A stretch of 64,000 bases of DNA from a bacterium. Lineage in GTDB: Bacteria > UBA8248. Of this stretch, positions 61,472-64,000 are shown piece by piece. Made by a program: the position numbers and the translations under genes. Location: NCBI GenBank assembly GCA_965219955.1, contig OZ244799.1:640001-704000 (forward strand), in the 5' to 3' direction. How positions within the stretch are numbered: the first letter of the stretch is position 1; each line of letters opens with the position of its first letter. Under the pieces are notes generated by a model. The model made no database searches. It was not told the DNA's origin and worked only from the letters and a program-made list of their open reading frames with translations.

Positions 61472-62481
61472 TGCGCGTCGCCGTCGCCGGCGCCACGGGC
61501 GCCGTGGGCCGGGAGATGCTCAGGATTCTGGAGGAGCGCAAGTTTCCCGCCGATGAGGTCGATTTGCTCGCGAGCGAGCGCAGCGCGGGCCGGAAAATCC
61601 CGTTTCGGGGCTCGGAGCTTACGGTGAGCCGGCTCACGCAGGATGCGTTCTGTGGCGTGGACCTGGCGCTTTTTTCCTGCGGCGCTTCGCGCTCGATCGA
61701 GTTCGCGCCCGCGGCCGTCAAATCCGGCGCGGTCGTGGTGGATAATTCCAGCGCCTTCCGCATGGATGAGAGCGTTCCCCTCGTGGTGCCGGAGGTGAAC
61801 CCGGACGCGATGGCCGCTCACCAGGGGATCATCGCCAACCCGAACTGCTCCACCATCCAGCTCGTGGTGGCGCTCAAACCCCTGCACGACGCCGCCCGCA
61901 TCAGGCGAGTCGTGGTCAGCACCTACCAGGCGGTGAGCGGGGCGGGGCAGGCCGCGGTAGACGAGATGCAGGCGCAAGTCGAGGGCGACGCCTCGGCGCC
62001 AGAGAAAATGCCCCATGAGATCGCCTTCAACTGCCTGCCCCATATCGACGTCTTTTTAGAGGGCGGCCATACCAAAGAAGAGAAGAAGATGGTCGATGAG
62101 ACGCGGAAGATCATGGGTGCGCCTCATCTGGCCGTCAGCGCAACCTGCGTGCGGGTGCCCGTTTACAACGCGCACTCGGAATCCGTGAACGTGGAGTTCG
62201 AGGAGTCCGTTTCCCCCGGGGAGGCGCGGGAATTGCTGGCGCGCGCGCCGGGCGTTGAGGTGGTGGATGACGTGGAATCGTTCTCCTATCCCATGCCCAA
62301 GGACGCCGACGGTGAGGACCCGGTGTATGTCGGGCGCATCCGCCGGGACGATTCCCGCGAAAACACCCTCAACCTGTGGGTGGTTGCCGATAATCTCAGG
62401 AAAGGCGCCGCCCTGAACGCGGTGCAGATAGCCGAGGCGCTGATAGAGAAGGGAATGCTCCGGGCGGCCCCGGTGAAATGA
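61471..62481 (+). CDS. asd: Aspartate-semialdehyde dehydrogenase
   Basis: GATGAVG, ANPNCST, YQAVSGAG and DNLRKGAA motifs. Confidence 0.96.
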   Translation: MRVAVAGATGAVGREMLRILEERKFPADEVDLLASERSAGRKIPFRGSELTVSRLTQDAFCGVDLALFSCGASRSIEFAPAAVKSGAVVVDNSSAFRMDESVPLVVPEVNPDAMAAHQGIIANPNCSTIQLVVALKPLHDAARIRRVVVSTYQAVSGAGQAAVDEMQAQVEGDASAPEKMPHEIAFNCLPHIDVFLEGGHTKEEKKMVDETRKIMGAPHLAVSATCVRVPVYNAHSESVNVEFEESVSPGEARELLARAPGVEVVDDVESFSYPMPKDADGEDPVYVGRIRRDDSRENTLNLWVVADNLRKGAALNAVQIAEALIEKGMLRAAPVK

Positions 62482-62501
62482 TGTCGAACGAGGTTATATA
62501 A

Positions 62502-63359
62502 GTGTCTGATGCGAATATCGGAGTCATCGGCGGCAGCGGCCTCTACGAGATGGCGGAGTTGGGCGATGTGGAAGAACGCGCGCTCGATACGCCCTACGGC
62601 GCGCCCTCGGCCCCCTACGTTCTGGGCACGCTCTCCGGCAAGCGGATGGCGTTTCTGCCCAGGCACGGACGCGGGCACGTACTTCTGCCGCATGAGATTC
62701 CCTTCCGCGCCAACATCCACGGATTCAAGCAGTTGGGCGTGGAGTGGCTCATATCCGTCAGCGCGGTGGGCAGCCTGAAAGAAAACATCCATCCGGGCGA
62801 CATCGTGATTCCCGACCAGTTCATCGACCTCACCAAAACGCGCATCGCCACGTTTTTCGGCGACGGCGTCGTGGCCCACGTTTCCATGGCGGACCCGGTA
62901 TGCGGAGACTTGAGCGGGATACTGATGGGCGCGGCCCTCCGGGCGGGCGCGACGGCGCACGCGGGCGGGACGTACGTCTGCATGGAAGGTCCCCAGTTCA
63001 GCAGCCGGGCGGAGAGTTTCCGCTACCGCGATTGGGGCGCTTCGGTCATCGGGATGACGAACATGCCCGAGGCCAAGCTCGCGCGCGAGGCGGAGATGAG
63101 CTACGCCACCATCGCGCTGGCGACGGACTATGACTGCTGGCACGAGGAGGAGGAGGCGGTGAGCGTGGAGGCCGTGATCGCCCAGGTGATGAGCAACGCG
63201 GCCCTCGCGCAGGAGATCATCAGGGAAGCGGCGCCCGAGATCGATGGTCACAGCCCCTTCGCAGGCTCTCTGGCGACGGCCCTCATGACCGACCCGGCCC
63301 GCATGCCGGGCGAGACGAAGGAACGCCTGCGTCATTTGATAGGAAAATACATAACGTGA
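62502..63359 (+). CDS. mtnP: S-methyl-5'-thioadenosine phosphorylase
   Basis: IGGSGLY, RHG, EGPQFS, GMT..PEA and TDYDCW motifs. Confidence 0.93.
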   Translation: MSDANIGVIGGSGLYEMAELGDVEERALDTPYGAPSAPYVLGTLSGKRMAFLPRHGRGHVLLPHEIPFRANIHGFKQLGVEWLISVSAVGSLKENIHPGDIVIPDQFIDLTKTRIATFFGDGVVAHVSMADPVCGDLSGILMGAALRAGATAHAGGTYVCMEGPQFSSRAESFRYRDWGASVIGMTNMPEAKLAREAEMSYATIALATDYDCWHEEEEAVSVEAVIAQVMSNAALAQEIIREAAPEIDGHSPFAGSLATALMTDPARMPGETKERLRHLIGKYIT

Positions 63360-64000
63360 ACCGGCCCAAATCCGAGGAACTCTTCGCGCTGGCGCAAAAC
63401 CGCATCCCCGGCGGGGTGGATTCCCCCGTCCGCGCGTTCCGGGGCGTCGGCGGCACGCCTTTTTTCGTCGAAAAAGGGGAAGGCGACCGGATCCGGGACG
63501 CCGACGGCAACGCCTACATCGACTACGTGCTCTCCTGGGGGCCGTTGATTCTGGGACACGCCCACCCCCGCGTGGTGCGCGCCATTCAGGAGGCGGCGGC
63601 GCGAGGCACGAGTTTCGGCGCGCCCACGGCCCTCGAGACCGAACTGGCGGAACTGGTGAACGCGGCATACCCCTCCATGGAGTTGCTGCGGTTCGTGAAC
63701 TCGGGCACCGAGGCGACGATGTCGGCTATCCGCCTGGCGCGGGGCTTCACGGGCCGCGACGTGATCGTCAAGTTCGAGGGCTGCTACCACGGCCACGCCG
63801 ACGGGCTGCTCGTCAAGGCGGGCAGCGGCGGCGCCACCCTGGGCGTGCCGGACAGCGGGGGCGTTCCGGGCGATTACGCGCGGAACACGGCCACGCTTCC
63901 CTTCAACGACGTCGAGGCGGTCCGGGATTTCTTCGCCCGGCGCGGCGCGGACGTGGCCGCCCTCATCATCGAACCGGTGGCCGGCAACATGGGGCTGATT
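63356..64000 (+). CDS. hemL: Glutamate-1-semialdehyde 2,1-aminomutase (3' truncated)
   Basis: [35 protein letters not shown] and EPVAGNMG motifs. Confidence 0.95.
   Translation, partial: MNRPKSEELFALAQNRIPGGVDSPVRAFRGVGGTPFFVEKGEGDRIRDADGNAYIDYVLSWGPLILGHAHPRVVRAIQEAAARGTSFGAPTALETELAELVNAAYPSMELLRFVNSGTEATMSAIRLARGFTGRDVIVKFEGCYHGHADGLLVKAGSGGATLGVPDSGGVPGDYARNTATLPFNDVEAVRDFFARRGADVAALIIEPVAGNMGLI

Overview
GC-rich bacterial chromosome segment, probably from a diderm (MipA, RND and lipoproteins are present); the taxon cannot be assigned from sequence alone. Left part (about 1-18.6 kb) contains a visibly AT-richer trough with an RND pump, Zn-dehydrogenase, queF, a xanthine-dehydrogenase-family Mo subunit, an AhpD-like selenoprotein, a stand-alone 55-aa acidic ORF, tRNA-Ala(CGC) and class II ribonucleotide reductase nrdJ with NrdR and DnaA boxes. 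An accessory islet (about 18.9-24.6 kb) carries TacAT and MazEF toxin-antitoxin pairs, an internally deleted orphan antitoxin, a PD-(D/E)xK-like ORF, a DUF5131/TcmP pair and a retropepsin module. The remainder is mostly core metabolism and transport (lpdA, dpp ABC, dacB, recJ, moaDE, liv ABC with three binding proteins, trpFBA, leuCDB, asd, mtnP, hemL) interrupted by REP/MITE clusters and one intact IS1111-type IS110 inserted in a REP palindrome. Best leads: (1) three tandem, covarying two-hairpin RNA units between nrdJ and tRNA-Ala; (2) two genes split by the ORF track that read through UGA as CxxU and UxxC selenoproteins and share a SECIS-like hairpin at +22; (3) an IS1111 non-coding end with guide-like segments matching local REP sequences; (4) a perfect 34-bp inverted repeat bracketing about 17.5 kb.
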